Below, one piece after another: positions 40,540 through 53,719 of a stretch of DNA of 64,000 nucleotides (position 1 is the first letter of the stretch; the number at the start of each line of letters is the position of its first letter). The notes below the pieces were generated by a model. The model was not told the origin of the DNA. It saw only the letters and a program-made list of their open reading frames with translations, and ran no database searches. Made by a program: the position numbers and the translations under genes. Origin of the DNA: Hydrolagus colliei (lineage: Eukaryota); assembly GCA_035084275.1 (NCBI GenBank), contig CM068755.1, forward strand, positions 11,904,001-11,968,000. The letters run 5' to 3'.

Positions 40540-40905
40540 CAACAACAACAACTTTGATTTATATAGCGCCCTCCATGCCGGATGGCATCTCAGAGCGCTT
40601 CACAGTAGTGGAACCCGGGACCAAGCCAGGGGTAGGGGTAGAAAGGTGACCAAAGGTGCGGTTGAAGAGAAAGGTCTTTAGCTGTGACCTGAAACTGGGA
40701 AGAGAGGGGGCGAGGAAAAGGGAGTGAGGAAGGGAGTTCCAGAACCTCAGGGCGTAGTGGCCAAAGGCACGGCCCGCTGAGGGTGGAATGGAGGATTCAG
40801 GGGACATGGGGGTGGTCAGACCCGATGGAGCAAAGGCAGTGGGTGCTGGTTTGGGGAGAAAGGACATCAGAGAGATAGGGGGCTTCAGTGGAGTGGAGGG
40901 AGTGC
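40540..40905 (-). mobile_element. L2-clade LINE 3' fragment (related subfamily)
   Basis: (CAA)n tail at left; minus ORF GRAFGHYALRFWNSLPHSLFLAPSLPSFRSQLKTFLF. Confidence 0.88.
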
Positions 40906-42084
40906 TATTACATTGTGTTACTCACATGGATTACTTTCTGGATTACAAGACCAGAAATTAGTTGCCTTGTTCTTGTAAATGGAATTGAATTGTACCTTGG
41001 TACTGGAGAGTAACAGAAACAATATTGTGTGGCATTGAATTGAGGACCGTCCATACCGAACAAGTAACTAATTGTAGAAATCTGACAGCTTGATTTCCCT
41101 TGAAGGAACAAGCACCACGACAGATGGATTTTGAGGAACTGAAGAAAGCCCTTTTGATCATTACCACAATAACAAAGCACCCCATTCACCTTGAATTGTG
41201 AGGTCTTAGTTAGGTAGGTAAACTGTATACTTTCTGATGGTAATAATCTGTGACAGTCTCATAGCTTGCTTATCCTAATTCGCAACAAATAATACCAATT
41301 GCTGCATTGTACTGTGTAGTACTGTGCATTGTTCCCCCACTCCCACACTATTTGATTCTCAAGTCAAATAAATCATATCTGCCATCAAACATACACAGTA
41401 TTAAGTTAAATTAATCTCTATTCCTGTTGCTACATTCACAGTGACTAATGCCTTTTAATGGCCATTTAAAGGCTACAAGTTGGTAGTCTTATTAATTTGG
41501 TTTTATGAGGATGATATATAACCATTCAGAAATTAAATGCTTCTCGGGTTTCGTGGAATACCTCAAGTGAATGATTTCACTGAGAAGCCTTGCACACAGG
41601 TGAAAGGTTTGTCATTTGTTCAGCTGTATAAAAATGTGTAAGATTGGAAGTAAAGATAGTCTCCTCCAACACACTACATCTTCAGAAATGTACACATGTA
41701 ATTGGACTTGTCCAACAGTCAATTTTAATAATACTCACTGGGATTTTGCTAGTTGGAGAGACACATTTCTCGAACACCATTTAAAATTTTAAATCAAAAG
41801 TGCTGTGTCTTAAATTTCACCATCAATATTTACTTTATGACCAAGTAACATGGAATAAAATGAAGAAAGTGATTTGTTCCAGATTTACACCTTGCTTAGA
41901 AATATAATATCCTCGAACGTTTCTTCCACCGTTTGTCTTCTTGTCCGGTATCCCTGAGCCAAGCACAATAGATGTTTGACCTGTTGGATAACTTACTTCA
42001 AGCCATTAACCTATGTGGTCTTGACTGGAACTTGGTAACAATTTCTGCATAATACAACATTCATATCAGGATTGTAAAAAAATT

Positions 42085-42421
42085 ACACGTGGTATGGAGT
42101 TCTACAGTTTAGGGGTGGAGTGGCTGAAGGTTCGCCCCCCCAATGGTGGGGTGGGTGGGTCGGGGACTGAGGGGAGGGGCAGGCAGGTTGGTAGGGGGTT
42201 AGGAGATTGCAGAGGTAGGGTGGGGCAAGGCCATGGATGTGAGGCCTTGAATGTGAGGACCAGGATCTTGAATAGAATCCTCTGGGTGATGGGGAGCCAA
42301 TGGCGTCATGCGAGGATGGGGGAGATGGGTTCACGGAGCTTGGAACGGTAGAGGACATGGGCTTCAGAGTTCTGTATTATCTGCAGCCTATGGACGGAGG
42401 AATTGGGAAGGCCGACAAGCA
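42085..42421 (-). mobile_element. L2 fragment lacking the tail
   Basis: Reverse complement of the 14143/17148 body. Confidence 0.85.
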
Positions 42422-43054
42422 GTATAAACGTGAATACCATCTTATAGTATTTATATTCAGTACCAGATTAAAAGTTAATGATCCACAATGTACAAACCAC
42501 AACAGGCTAAAGTTTCATTCGCATCACGCAGAAGAGAAATACCAAATACCAATTCAAACAGGTGTCAGCCTGGCTCAGTTAATCATACTCTCACCTCTTA
42601 GATGGAAACTTGCCGTCCAAGCTTTGTGATGGCACCCTGTGTTAATGACAGGTGATTATTACAACAATGTGTTAGAGAGAAGCTTTGTGGTAGCCATACG
42701 CATCGAGAAGTATGATACTCAGATGCTCTGTGCTGGAGATGCCACAAAATTGGACATTCACTTCAAAACTGTTTGTGAAACATCAATACGCGCAAATTGA
42801 CCGCAGCGTGTTTTAGAGAGAGGCTCTGCGGTAGCCGTATACAATCATTAGACTTTATGATAAATTGCGCGATGTGTGAACAGGATGTGGACCTATATTG
42901 CCAAATCAGTTAAGATCCTTAGTCAGACTGTACATCGCTCTGTTTGAGCCACACCTAAAGTATTGTGTAAAATTCTGGCCACCCCCACATAAGTGGCTGC
43001 CCAGGGCCCGAAGCCAGCGCAGAAGAGAACATTGAGGAGTGTTAAATGAAAGAA

Positions 43055-43412
43055 TTGTGAGCAGCAATTAGACAACCTTGGGCTTTTCAGTTCTGAAAGG
43101 AGATATCTCAGAGGAGACTCAGAGTTGAAATGGAATGGAGAAAATGAATCCAGTGTAATACTTTTGATGTGGTGAGATAGTAGAACAAGAGAACGCCGGT
43201 TCAACATAGCAGAGGGGACTTTCAGGACAGACACCAGGGGTAATTAATAGCTGGAATGGGTTTCCACAGAGAGTGATAGGTTTAGGACATGATGCTGGAT
43301 TCATTTAAGAAACAGGTTATTGCTGTAATGGGAACACAGTTGGGTAGATATTCTGCGCAAATGAAATTAAATGAGCTGAAGGGACTTCTTCATCCAGCCT
43401 TGTCTTGTGACT
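43055..43412 (+). mobile_element. Old CR1 3' fragment
   Basis: Reads approximately LDNLGLFSSERRYLRGD; same 3' tail as 11920 and 26330. Confidence 0.7.
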
Positions 43413-46400
43413 GTAACATAACCCCTGTGTCGTTCAGATGGAGAGAGATGATTATTGCAGCAATGTTTTAGAGAGATGCTAGTCGGTAATCAAATACATT
43501 GGGAGGACATTTTCAGGAGTCCTGTAAACTGAACACCTTTTCCTGAGGCTGAGCGAACATTAAAAGCACAAATTTTCTGGGCTGTGTTCTTTGGCCACCG
43601 TAACAAGGTTAAACAAATTCTTCACTGCTGAGAAATGGGAAATAACCACTGACTTTTCCAGTGATCTGAGTCAAATGTACGGTTACAAGTTCAGTCTCCA
43701 GAGGAACTGTCACAAATCCTCTTTCTGGTAATAAATATACTCTTTCAAAACTATTCCACAGAGTATTGCTAGTGGCTTGCAATTTTTAATAAGAAATATG
43801 TGGAAATACGTTTGTTCAAGCTGATCACACAAAAAGGTAATTAATGTCCGATGATTATTTTGCTCGAATGTAACAGAAAATCTATTAAAATTATGCAAAA
43901 TTTTGCCTGGGAAGCTTCTCACACTGTGATCATATTATTTATAGGTTGCCAGTTATTAGTGAAACTTGAGATAAGACTTTGACTCTGTGCCCATCCAATT
44001 CTTTTATCAGGTTGGATGCATATTTATTTCAGACTTTAGACTTTCATTTGAATAGTACAGTACAGTTGCAACTGTAGGCTGCTCGATGAACTGTTAGTCA
44101 GGCACGCATGCTCTTTCTTGTTTGTGCTTTCATTACTGAACTGGTAAGTAGTGACTCTTAAGTTTAAATTCCTAGCTTTGAGCCTTGTAATCCTAAATGT
44201 TTCTACTGTGCAGTACATTCAAACTGCTAATGGCAGAGTTAAAATAAGACAGTTTCCGTTTGGGAAGATCATGTTGGATTCTCAATGAAGAACACAATTT
44301 GACTGTGAATGTGACTTGATTACAAATACTGTGTATGCTTAGCTTACTATGATTATTTGATGTGAAATCCTTGCTGTGCTCAGCTGAAGCATAATGGTTT
44401 GGTTACCAAAAGAGCAATGTCCAATGCTACGCACTGAATTCTGGAACTAGAAAACAAAGCTAAAGGGATTTAAAGCAAGTAAGCTAGCACTGTACAAAGG
44501 CTAGGGGGTGGGGCAGCTATGCAGTTGGTTATTACTGGGTTATTGGAAGCAGCTTCGGTAAACGGTAAGTGATGATGTAAAAATGTTTGTTTTCATGTCT
44601 TTCCAGTTGTGTCTTTCCAAATTGCTTGGTGCGATTGTAACAGCTATGATTTATTTGCCAGTTCCGTTAGAACAGACCTTTTGTACTGTCAGTGAACTCG
44701 TTTAGGAACAGGGACATATTCACAATACTTATCTGCAAGGCTTTTTCTTTAACAGTAAGTTTAGTTTTTGGATACTGAGAATTGGGCCACCCATACAGCA
44801 TCTTTCCTTTTTAAACCCTGTATAATGTTGATGAATAGTGTTTTTTTTTTAAAAAAGATAAAGGTACCTTTGACATTAATTGAGGAATTAATTGAATATA
44901 TCAGTATCTGCCTATGTAGTAATTTTCTTTCTATATACAAGGGCATTGTATAATAAACTGAATACAATGCACTTTTTAGCTCTCTCTCTGATGATATTAC
45001 TGCTTACAGTGTCTGTCAGAAAGGCTTTTGTGACCACTGCAAGCTATAAGATCGTACTTGGGTAACATGATTGAAGAAGCATTCTCTTCCCTTTGTGCTT
45101 ATGGACATGGATGTGTGTGATAAACACTGGATAGACGGATGTATTTAACCTGAATGCTTGCTGAAGCAGTTTTGATGCTATGAATTTTAGTGGAGAGAAT
45201 CTGCATTGGAGATTACAAAATAACATAAAGCAAAATTAAATGCAGGCTCAGAGGGACTAAAAGTAAATGTGTTTATGCAAGTTGTCACTTTTGATATGTG
45301 GGTACATATTTTTAGCAATTATATTTGATACCAGGGATAAAATGATTGATTAATGTACTTGTAAATCCTTTCTGATTTTGTTGCATTCATCTTTATGAGG
45401 TTATTGGCTGCATTCTTAAAACGATTTCCATTTTGCTTACCGGTACTCATTTTGCATCTCAATTCGAAGACTGAGTGGAAAGGACATTGGAATCATCTTG
45501 AATTTTCAGCTTCTCTTTTTTTGGCAGTCTGGCTATCAACTCTGCATTGTATAATAAATACTGCCAATCTCTCAGATACACAAAATGATCACGATTTGTA
45601 GAGGATTAAACTTTGGCTCTGTTGCTAAAAGCATATCTAAAGAAACCTGGGCAATGACTAAGGTTTTCAAAGTTGCGATTAAAAAATGATGATTACTGAA
45701 TCATTTAGGCCTTTATAGTACTTGGTTCTTGATCCAGTTTTAATCCAGCTGGAAACTGTATAACTGTGTTCGACTGATAAGCATTCAAAATGTCATGGTT
45801 GTTCTCTTTTCGTGGAGAAGTGAAACATCGAAGACATGTAATTTTTGGAAAAGTCTTTTAGTGAATTGCAGCACAGTCTGTCAAGCTTTGCATATTAAAA
45901 TTCAACAAACTGTTCCAGGAGAGAGTGGATGAAGTGGAGCTGACAGACAATTTAATGAAACAGATATGCAAACTTGTTACCTCCAGAAAATATGTGATCC
46001 TAGTTGTTCTAGGCTTTTCAAAACATAAAGCCTGTTTTAAGTAGCTTGGTTGTAATTATGGGACGTGAACAGGATGGTTTTATGGCAGTGAATCTATGTA
46101 AGTGAATTTACTAGTCTGGTTCTTTTTCCAGCAGTATTTCTGAAAAGAAAGTTTTAAGAATGGATGACTGTAATTCCAGAATATTAAATGACAGGTTGAC
46201 AACCCTGGACCTTTTCTCTCTGGAACAGAGATATCCGAGTAAGTTCCAGTTTTGTTTTTAACTGGGTCCCTTTTGGTTTCTAAGGATTCAAGCTTGTTTT
46301 TTTTTCCAAAAATGGCTCATGCACTTTGAATGGGAATGGCAAATGAAATATCTTATGAGTTTTATTTTAAAAGATGATGAAAAAAAGAAACATAGTTAAA

Positions 46401-47392
46401 CCTTTAGGATTTGGATTCTAAAATAGAGGAATGAATACTTTCGCAAATGATACTTCTTAAGGTTCACTCTATATCCGAGAAAGTCAGACAGTTCATTTAG
46501 TGGTTATCAAATGAGATTTGTGTGTCTGTTAAAGGGCAAATCTGGAAACCTGAGCTTTAAAAATAAGTGAATACTCGAAAGTCGATCTGGAACTAATTTG
46601 ATTTCCATTAACTTTGAACTATTGTAGTGTTCATTCAGCAGTGTGAATGCCCGTGTAATGCACATGTTATAGTACCTATTTGAGATATTTTAAAAATATA
46701 AGAGGAAACTATGTGAAAATGAAATTCCATCCCAATAGGCCGAGCATTTGTGGGAAGTGGCTGATAGATAATACACTGCATGAATTTTATGTTACTTGGA
46801 GGAAGCTGATAAGCAGACCACTAAACCACAGCATTTCTTTGGCACTGAATCAATAGAATGATTAAGACATGGTCCAAAGTACCTCCAGTTAGATCTTTCA
46901 ACTTGTTTTTAATTGTAATAGAAACCATTTGACCTCCATAAGCAACATTTTTTAATTGATCATTTTATTAAACTGAATTGGATTGATAGAGGGATTGTAG
47001 GTCTTTTGGTTCCAATCTGATTTGAGGTGATCACAAGCACTTGGCACAATCAAGTGTTTAGAGCTCCCAACTGTACAGCGATTAGAATATTGCTTTCATA
47101 AGACTACTGTTCAAAAAGGATCTATTTTTCCCTTCATTTTCTCATGTTTCTCTCCTTATGGGCTTCTTACTACAGCCCTTAAGGTGTGTGAGTATGATAC
47201 CTCTCACTCATAAATCCACTTACAATATATTTGATTCAAATTTAGGTTTGGCTAAGAGGAAAAATGTCCATATAAGCCGAGATAGATTATACCAATCTTT
47301 TCTCTTTCTCCTGCAATCCTTTAAAACTGAGGATTTCACTTTCTCACGGCACCCCCAAGGCTGAGCCAAGTCAGTATATGATGAAGACTCAC

Positions 47393-47908
47393 ATAAGAAC
47401 ATAAGAATTAGGAGCAGGAGTAGGCCATTCGGCCCCTCGAGCCTGCACCGCTCATGGCTGATCTATTCTAGCTCCACCTACTTGCCTTATCACCATATCC
47501 CTTAATCCCTTTATCCATAAGAAATTTATGAATCTCAGTCCTGAATATGTTCAAGGACTGAGCATCTACAGCCCTTTGGGGTACAGAATTCCATAAATTC
47601 ACCACCCTATGAGTGAAGAATTTTTTTCTCAACTCAGTGTGAAAGGGCTGACCCCTAATCTTCAGACTGTGACCCCTGATTACAGTTTCTCCAACCAGGG
47701 GAAACAGTCTCCCACTATCTACTCTGTCTTGCCCCTTAATAATCTTATAGGTTTCTATAAAATCACCTCTAATTCTTCTATGTTCTAATGAATATAGGCC
47801 TAGATTGCTCAACCTATCCTCATAACTCATTCTCCTCATCCCAGGTACCAATCTAGTGAATCTACCTTGTACTCCCTCCAAGGCAAGCACATCCTTTCTT
47901 AAATAAGG
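47393..47908 (-). mobile_element. CR1 LINE 3' fragment (relatively young) with 8-bp flanking direct repeat
   Basis: ORF 47468-47890 (LEGVQGRFTRLVPGMRRMSYEDRLSNLGLYSLEHRRIRGD...FFTHRVVNLWNSVP) is a canonical CR1 ORF2 C-terminus. (CATAAGAA)2 tail; AGACTCAC at 47385-47392 and 47909-47916. Confidence 0.92.
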
Positions 47909-48852
47909 AGACTCACCTACCTACTGAGACAAATAGTTTTTGGAGACAGTCCAGAGACTGTCCTTCTGAAATTTAGATTTTTTTTTCTCTCTCAGTTTCT
48001 CCCTTCCACTTCTGAAGACTCCTTCGTCTGGTGCACCATTGGTGCCTTGGCCAAGGTGTCATTTTTCACATGTGATGTCCGGGCAGTCAATACCACAAGT
48101 TATTTCTCTGCAGAAGCTTCATGGTCATAACCTGATCCTGTTTAGACGGGCACTCTCCAGTGGAGATTTACAATCCAGAGCAGTTTCAGAAGAGACACCC
48201 TAAAAGGATATCTTTACACCAAGGATAAATAAACAGCTGGTTGTCTGACACAAGGAGAAACAAACCATCGCCATCCAAATAGATCACATATGCCTGCACT
48301 TACACATGGCAATTTTCCTGTGTCTAGGATGGAATGTGCCTTCTCCTCTTGGAGGGATAAACCCTGCTTACCTAATTCCAGATATTGTTAGGTGGTGGTT
48401 GGCAATAACATCTACCGTGTGCCACTGACAGTTTAGATAATAAATATCTGATATCTAATCATTGTATTTGATATTGCGCTTTTCGTGTTAGGCAGCCATC
48501 TCATAGCACTTCATAGGGTATTCTGTAAAGTGTGGAGAGTGTTGATTTTGTGGGTGAATAATGTGGCTTTGGACCCAGAACAGCTAACCAGAAAGTATGG
48601 TTGAGGCCAGAACACTGAATTCATCCAAGAAATAAATAGCTGTTGCTGTAACAGGAGGACGGTCAGTGATACTCTGGAGGAAAGTGATCCTGAAGTTACA
48701 GTGGTGGTTTATATAAAATTGGCCGATTTAACATGTATCACAGATGTAAATGTAATTTTGTTATTGTTGTTATACAAAGTGAGCCAGTTTCATGAGTTCC
48801 TATTTGTGAAGTGAAACCAAGACTAAAGTTATGAAAATATTACCCTAAAACC

Positions 48853-49111
48853 ATTGGAAATGCCAGTCTATTGTTCTAAATTTGGCAATGTGATTGGAAA
48901 TGATCGGCTCTATGCTTTCCAGCGAAGCAAAATGCGAGGAGCTTTATATAGTGTATGATCTCAGCCAGGGCAACAGGGAAGAGCAAAACAAAAGTGAGGC
49001 AGTTTTCCACAGGGAAGAACAATCAGAAACCAAGTCAATCCGATCTACTCATGCAAATCAGCAGCATTGACAGAGATGCGTGAATAGGCTGTCTGAACGC
49101 AAATGGTATGT
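48853..49111 (+). promoter_or_regulatory. Candidate promoter and non-coding first exon for the semaphorin gene
   Basis: ATTGGAAATG (reverse CCAAT) at 48853 and 48893, TATATA at 48945-48950, donor-like ATG|GTATGT at 49105/49106. Motif evidence only. Confidence 0.22.
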
Positions 49112-50694
49112 GATATGGAGGGCGAGGTCTGAACAAAGAGAGGAAAAATAAGGAAGAGACCAGAGGAGGAAATCGTAAATTAAAGCTGTGACTGGAAATA
49201 ATCCCATTGATGCTGAGCAACATCCTAGATTTCTTTTAATAGATTTTTTTTATTAAATAGCATGCCACAGAGATGCTAATCAGAACAAATGATAAAATAC
49301 ATGGGACTTGGTGGCTGTGTAGTTGCTAGCTGCAGTTGAATTAAACCAATGACTCTGTAACACCGCATTCCTTGGAGAGTTTTTTTTAGCTGCACCAGCA
49401 GTCATTGGATGAGTGCGCTTTGTTCATTCAGAGTTCGGACTCAAATATTAAACGTTTTAATAGATTTTTATTCATGATCTGCAGCGATCCTGCCACTGAA
49501 CAGGCGGTGGTATCTATTGTCTGCAGCCAGCTCTGTAAATTCACTTCAACAGTATCAAGCAGCAAATAGCTGAGTTACAAATACAGTAATTTATTCTTGG
49601 TAGAATAAAGTGAATATTGGTTTAGGGTAAACTAATGTATTCAACGCATTGTTAAATATGTATGGTTTTTACCATAGCTGTCTGCTGCATTAGTTGGAAC
49701 CGATAAGATCATACAAATTTACAGTATTTCCTAGTTTTTCCAGTTTATCTATTTCTCCTTATATCGACTAATTTTAAATCTCACATTGTTCAATTAACGG
49801 GATCAGATCTGCAATCTAGTCAGGAAAAGGTCGCAACACTGACTGTTACCACGAGATGAGGCCAGAAATGCCTTGGCATTATTGAGGCCAAAAACAAACA
49901 CAAGACCACAACGGAGATTCGGAGGAAGAAATCGCTTCCAGTGAAACCTTTTTACATTCAAGCCCTGAGGCAACAAATAATCTTACCAGATGCCTCTGTG
50001 GCTACCCAGGCTTTACATGCTTCTCTTTTTACAGACCCTTGTTCCCTTATAGAATTTCATAACACCTGTGAAAAGCAGACCCATTACTCCATGGGCGGTT
50101 CTTCATGGCCCTTAAGAACTTCAAAGCGCACGGGGGCATAAGAAAGAAGTGTCTCTGAAGTTAAATATCTGGCTATCATGTTCAACTCCGCCCTCCCTCC
50201 CCCCCCCAAGATGCACACTGCTCCAGGACTCGATGACAACAAGACCTGTCGCATGGTTTAGCACTCAGGTTGCATGCATTATTTTCCAGTTTTACAGACT
50301 GCCCCCAGAATAATAGTCTGATCCAATCCGTGGCACCATGTAACAGAATTACAACCTTCAGGCAGCTGACTGGTGTCTATTGAATGAGTCCCTCTCTGTC
50401 TGCTCTATCAAACAGTCTTCTTTTTTTGGGGGGGTGGGGGAATTTGCCATTCAGCCCCACTATTCGGCGTTTGTGAGAGCTTCTCACTTTCCAGGAAGCA
50501 GGTAACAATGAATCGACTTGCAGAGTCTCGTTCTCTCTCTTTCTTGGTTTCCTCTGTTTTTGAATGCAAGCTGTCCAGATCAACCTCTCCGTTGTCTGTT
50601 TGCTCGCTAAATATAGGCAATAGTGATTATTGGCTTTATGTGTTCAGGGTGTGTTCAAGTTGCGGGAGAGGCTTCTTGATTTTTTTTCTCTCTC

Positions 50695-50976
50695 TATAAT
50701 CCTTGCATTTGATGTAGCACTTTTCATGTCTTCTAGATGTCTCAAAGTGCTTCCCAGAATATACTCTAAAGTAAATTGACTTTATGTATGTAGGCAAAAT
50801 GTGGCAGCCAATTGCGCACAGCAATGTCCCACATCAGTCGTGGATTGAAATGATCAATTTTTTATTTTATTGAGAGATTATTATGAGGCATGTGGAGTAA
50901 GGGAACTTACCCAAGGGTTTCACCCTGGCTGGAATTGGAATTGCCTCTTTTGTAAGGCGAATGCTCTAACCATTGA
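50695..50976 (-). mobile_element. tRNA-derived SINE, same family
   Basis: aatccttgcatttgatgtagcacttttcatgtcttctagatgtctcaaagtgc through gtaaggcgaatgctctaacca. Confidence 0.8.
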
Positions 50977-52900
50977 CCATGCCACCATCAGCGGGTAATG
51001 TACCTACCTTGCAGCCTGCCTGGTACATTGAAACAGAGTTCAGATCCAGCAGTAGAAATGAAATCTTAGATGAGATCCGTTGTTTGCTGTCAGTTTGGAT
51101 TGGATTTATTTTGGCCCCAGGCAATCTTTGTACAATATTAATAAAATCTCAGCTCCTTAAAGCCCACTCCCCTCCTGCCAGCCATGACCATAACAGACCA
51201 GGTTTGGGTAGATTGTGTTTTGTTTTACCGTGTACCACACCCAGTTCTTCTTAGTTGTTCCTTACATAACCTATTTCGAAATGCTTTTTATTCTTTTGAA
51301 ACCACTCCTAATGGTTATTTGGAGGTTTTCCCCTTATTGTTTCTGGAATGCATGGAGGTTTGCCACTAAATATAGCTCGCTAAAGATGTACTGACACATT
51401 TCAGAGAAATGAAATGCTTCTTTCAGTTAGGCAATGAGTCGCAGTACAGACAATGAAACTTGTGCTTTCAAGTTCTATTCATGTATTGTACTGTTTTCAG
51501 AAGACTACATTCAGGTACTATACTTTTCCCATGTGTCTGATTTGAACATTAATCGGGTGACGTGACTGCGGGTTTTCCTCAGAGCCAAATGCTTGTGGCA
51601 TTGCAAACTTAATTAAGACTGTTGCTAGAGACAGTAAGTTGCTAAAGGATTTAAGTGAATTCATTATTATATGCTCTTGGCATTGAGAGAATGTTGGTTT
51701 AAGTTAATACAGGGACAATTATATGTTTATCTATAGTTGTATTTCAGGTTGTGTTTGCTTCTATAAGATGATGGAAATATTGAAGCAGACAGTTGCATGG
51801 GGATTTTTTTGTGGTTTTATGAAATAATAAAAAAAATGAGGGTGACTAAGTCTGTGACTAAATGTGAGTAATTGTGTACCTTTGTTCTGTTGGGTGATCT
51901 TTATTATTAATAATAATTATTATTGTATTTGATATAGCACTTTTCGTATCTTCTAGATGTATCAAAAAGCTTCACAGAATATACTGTAAAGTGAAATTAC
52001 TGTATATTTGTGGGAGAAACAATTGAATGAAGTGGAAGAGTTTGTGATTTGGGATGTTCTCCTGACTTGAAATGCATTGTATCATATGTGAAGAGTATTA
52101 TTAATTTTTCATGAATAAATATGCTTTGGTCCTACTGGACACATGAATAAAATTTCAAAATACTACTGCTGCTAGCAATAAATAATCCTTGAATTTGATG
52201 TACCACCTTTCAAGTCATGATGACATCTCAGTGTGAGTCACACAGTAAAGTAAGTGTGACTACATATTTATAAAGCGAACGTGGCTGTCAATTTGTGCAC
52301 AGCAATGTCCCACAAACAGCCATGAAGCGAAAGTACCAAATTTATCTGGGCTCTGGTGCATATATGCAGGTACTGTCCTGGGGTGAATTAAACCAGTTCA
52401 CAATAAGAAATTGTCACAGGAATTTGCTGAAGATGGGTAGATTTTTGTCCCACTGCACAAGGATATGAATGGATTGTACTGAGTGGGACATTCCATAGTA
52501 TGGAAGCTGACAGGGATTTCTCCAGGTACAGACAGTGTGGAGCTGTGGTCTTGCTTTGGGGTGACCCCAAAGCTTATAAAGGGGTACTATTGACAGTGGA
52601 ATGCAAGCACATTGTTTGCTTCCTTTCCTGTTGGGCTATCTAGAATAAGGAAAGAGTAGAAAATGATGTTGTTCATAGATATTTAGTTGTACATTTTTTA
52701 TAGTGGCCTTGTACTTATCTATCATCACAGATCATAGCATCTAAGATGCTTGGTAAATGAATAATGGCGCTTCAGCCATCTACCCCAATTTTATCTCACC
52801 TGCTAGATTTTGCATACACCAACCAACTTTCCAGTGGAGTATGGGGTCAGGAGTTCAGATCAAGGCAAGCACATGCAATATGGATTGATCATGTAACCAG

Positions 52901-53215
52901 TGGAGTCTTGTAGCTCAGTGGTTAGAGCACTCGCCTTACAAGCGAGAGAACTGGGTTCAATTCCAGGCAGGGTGAAACCTTGGGCAAGTTTGCTCACTGC
53001 ACACACGCCTGATAATAATCCCTCAAAAAAACAATAAATTGTTAATTTCAATCCACGACTGTTTGTCGGACACTGCTGTGCGCAATTGGCTACCGTGTTT
53101 CGCCCACATATATACAGTCAATTCACTTTACAGTGTATTCTGTGAAGCACGTTGAGACATCTAGAAGACATGAAAAGCACTATATCAAATGCAGGGATTA
53201 TTATTATAATAATTA
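52901..53215 (+). mobile_element. Full-length tRNA-derived SINE, same family
   Basis: A box TAGCTCAGTGG, anticodon-like arm ctcgc-CTTACAA-gcgag, B box GGTTCAATTCC, L2-type tail and (ATT)n. Confidence 0.88.
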
Positions 53216-53495
53216 CTATTATATAACGTACACGACTCAAACAAGGCTCTGATCTGCTTTCTTGCCTTTATTAAAAGTAGTTAAAGTTATATGCCATAAG
53301 CTGGCTCTGAATTGTACTCAAGTTGCAATGTGAATCAGCAAACAGCAAATAAATATTTAAGCGTGCTGGCTTCTTCAACAGATGCTGTTACAGAATCGAA
53401 ATCGAGCTTCATTTGAAGCACCTGACTTTCTCGGAAGATGATGTTGTTTCTGCTGCAATGATCAGTTTCTAACTTACTCAACTTTTCTATTTCAG

Positions 53496-53719
53496 GTTCA
53501 ACCTGGCAACCTGCTCAAATCTTGTTGGACGTGTGGAAACTGGTTTGGGGGGAACTACTGATGAGCACTATAAGCAGCATTCGTTCCTCCTCCTTGAAAA
53601 ATTACAAGTGTTGTTCCAGACTGCACTGTTTACCTGTGGATTACAAATTGACTCAAGCTCTTTGAAGGCAAGAAGGCGGAGGAGACAAGCATAGACTTTG
53701 CTACCAGTCTGCAGTCACC
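53496..53719 (+). other. 5'UTR part of the semaphorin exon (spliced internal exon)
   Basis: Branch-point-like TTCTAAC near 53467, pyrimidine tract acttttctattt and CAG|G acceptor at 53493-53496. Confidence 0.65.
53561..53665 (+). other. Upstream ORF (34 aa) in the semaphorin 5'UTR
   Basis: ATG at 53561 to TGA at 53663-53665 gives MSTISSIRSSSLKNYKCCSRLHCLPVDYKLTQAL, in the same frame as the main ATG. Translation is unverified. Confidence 0.45.
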
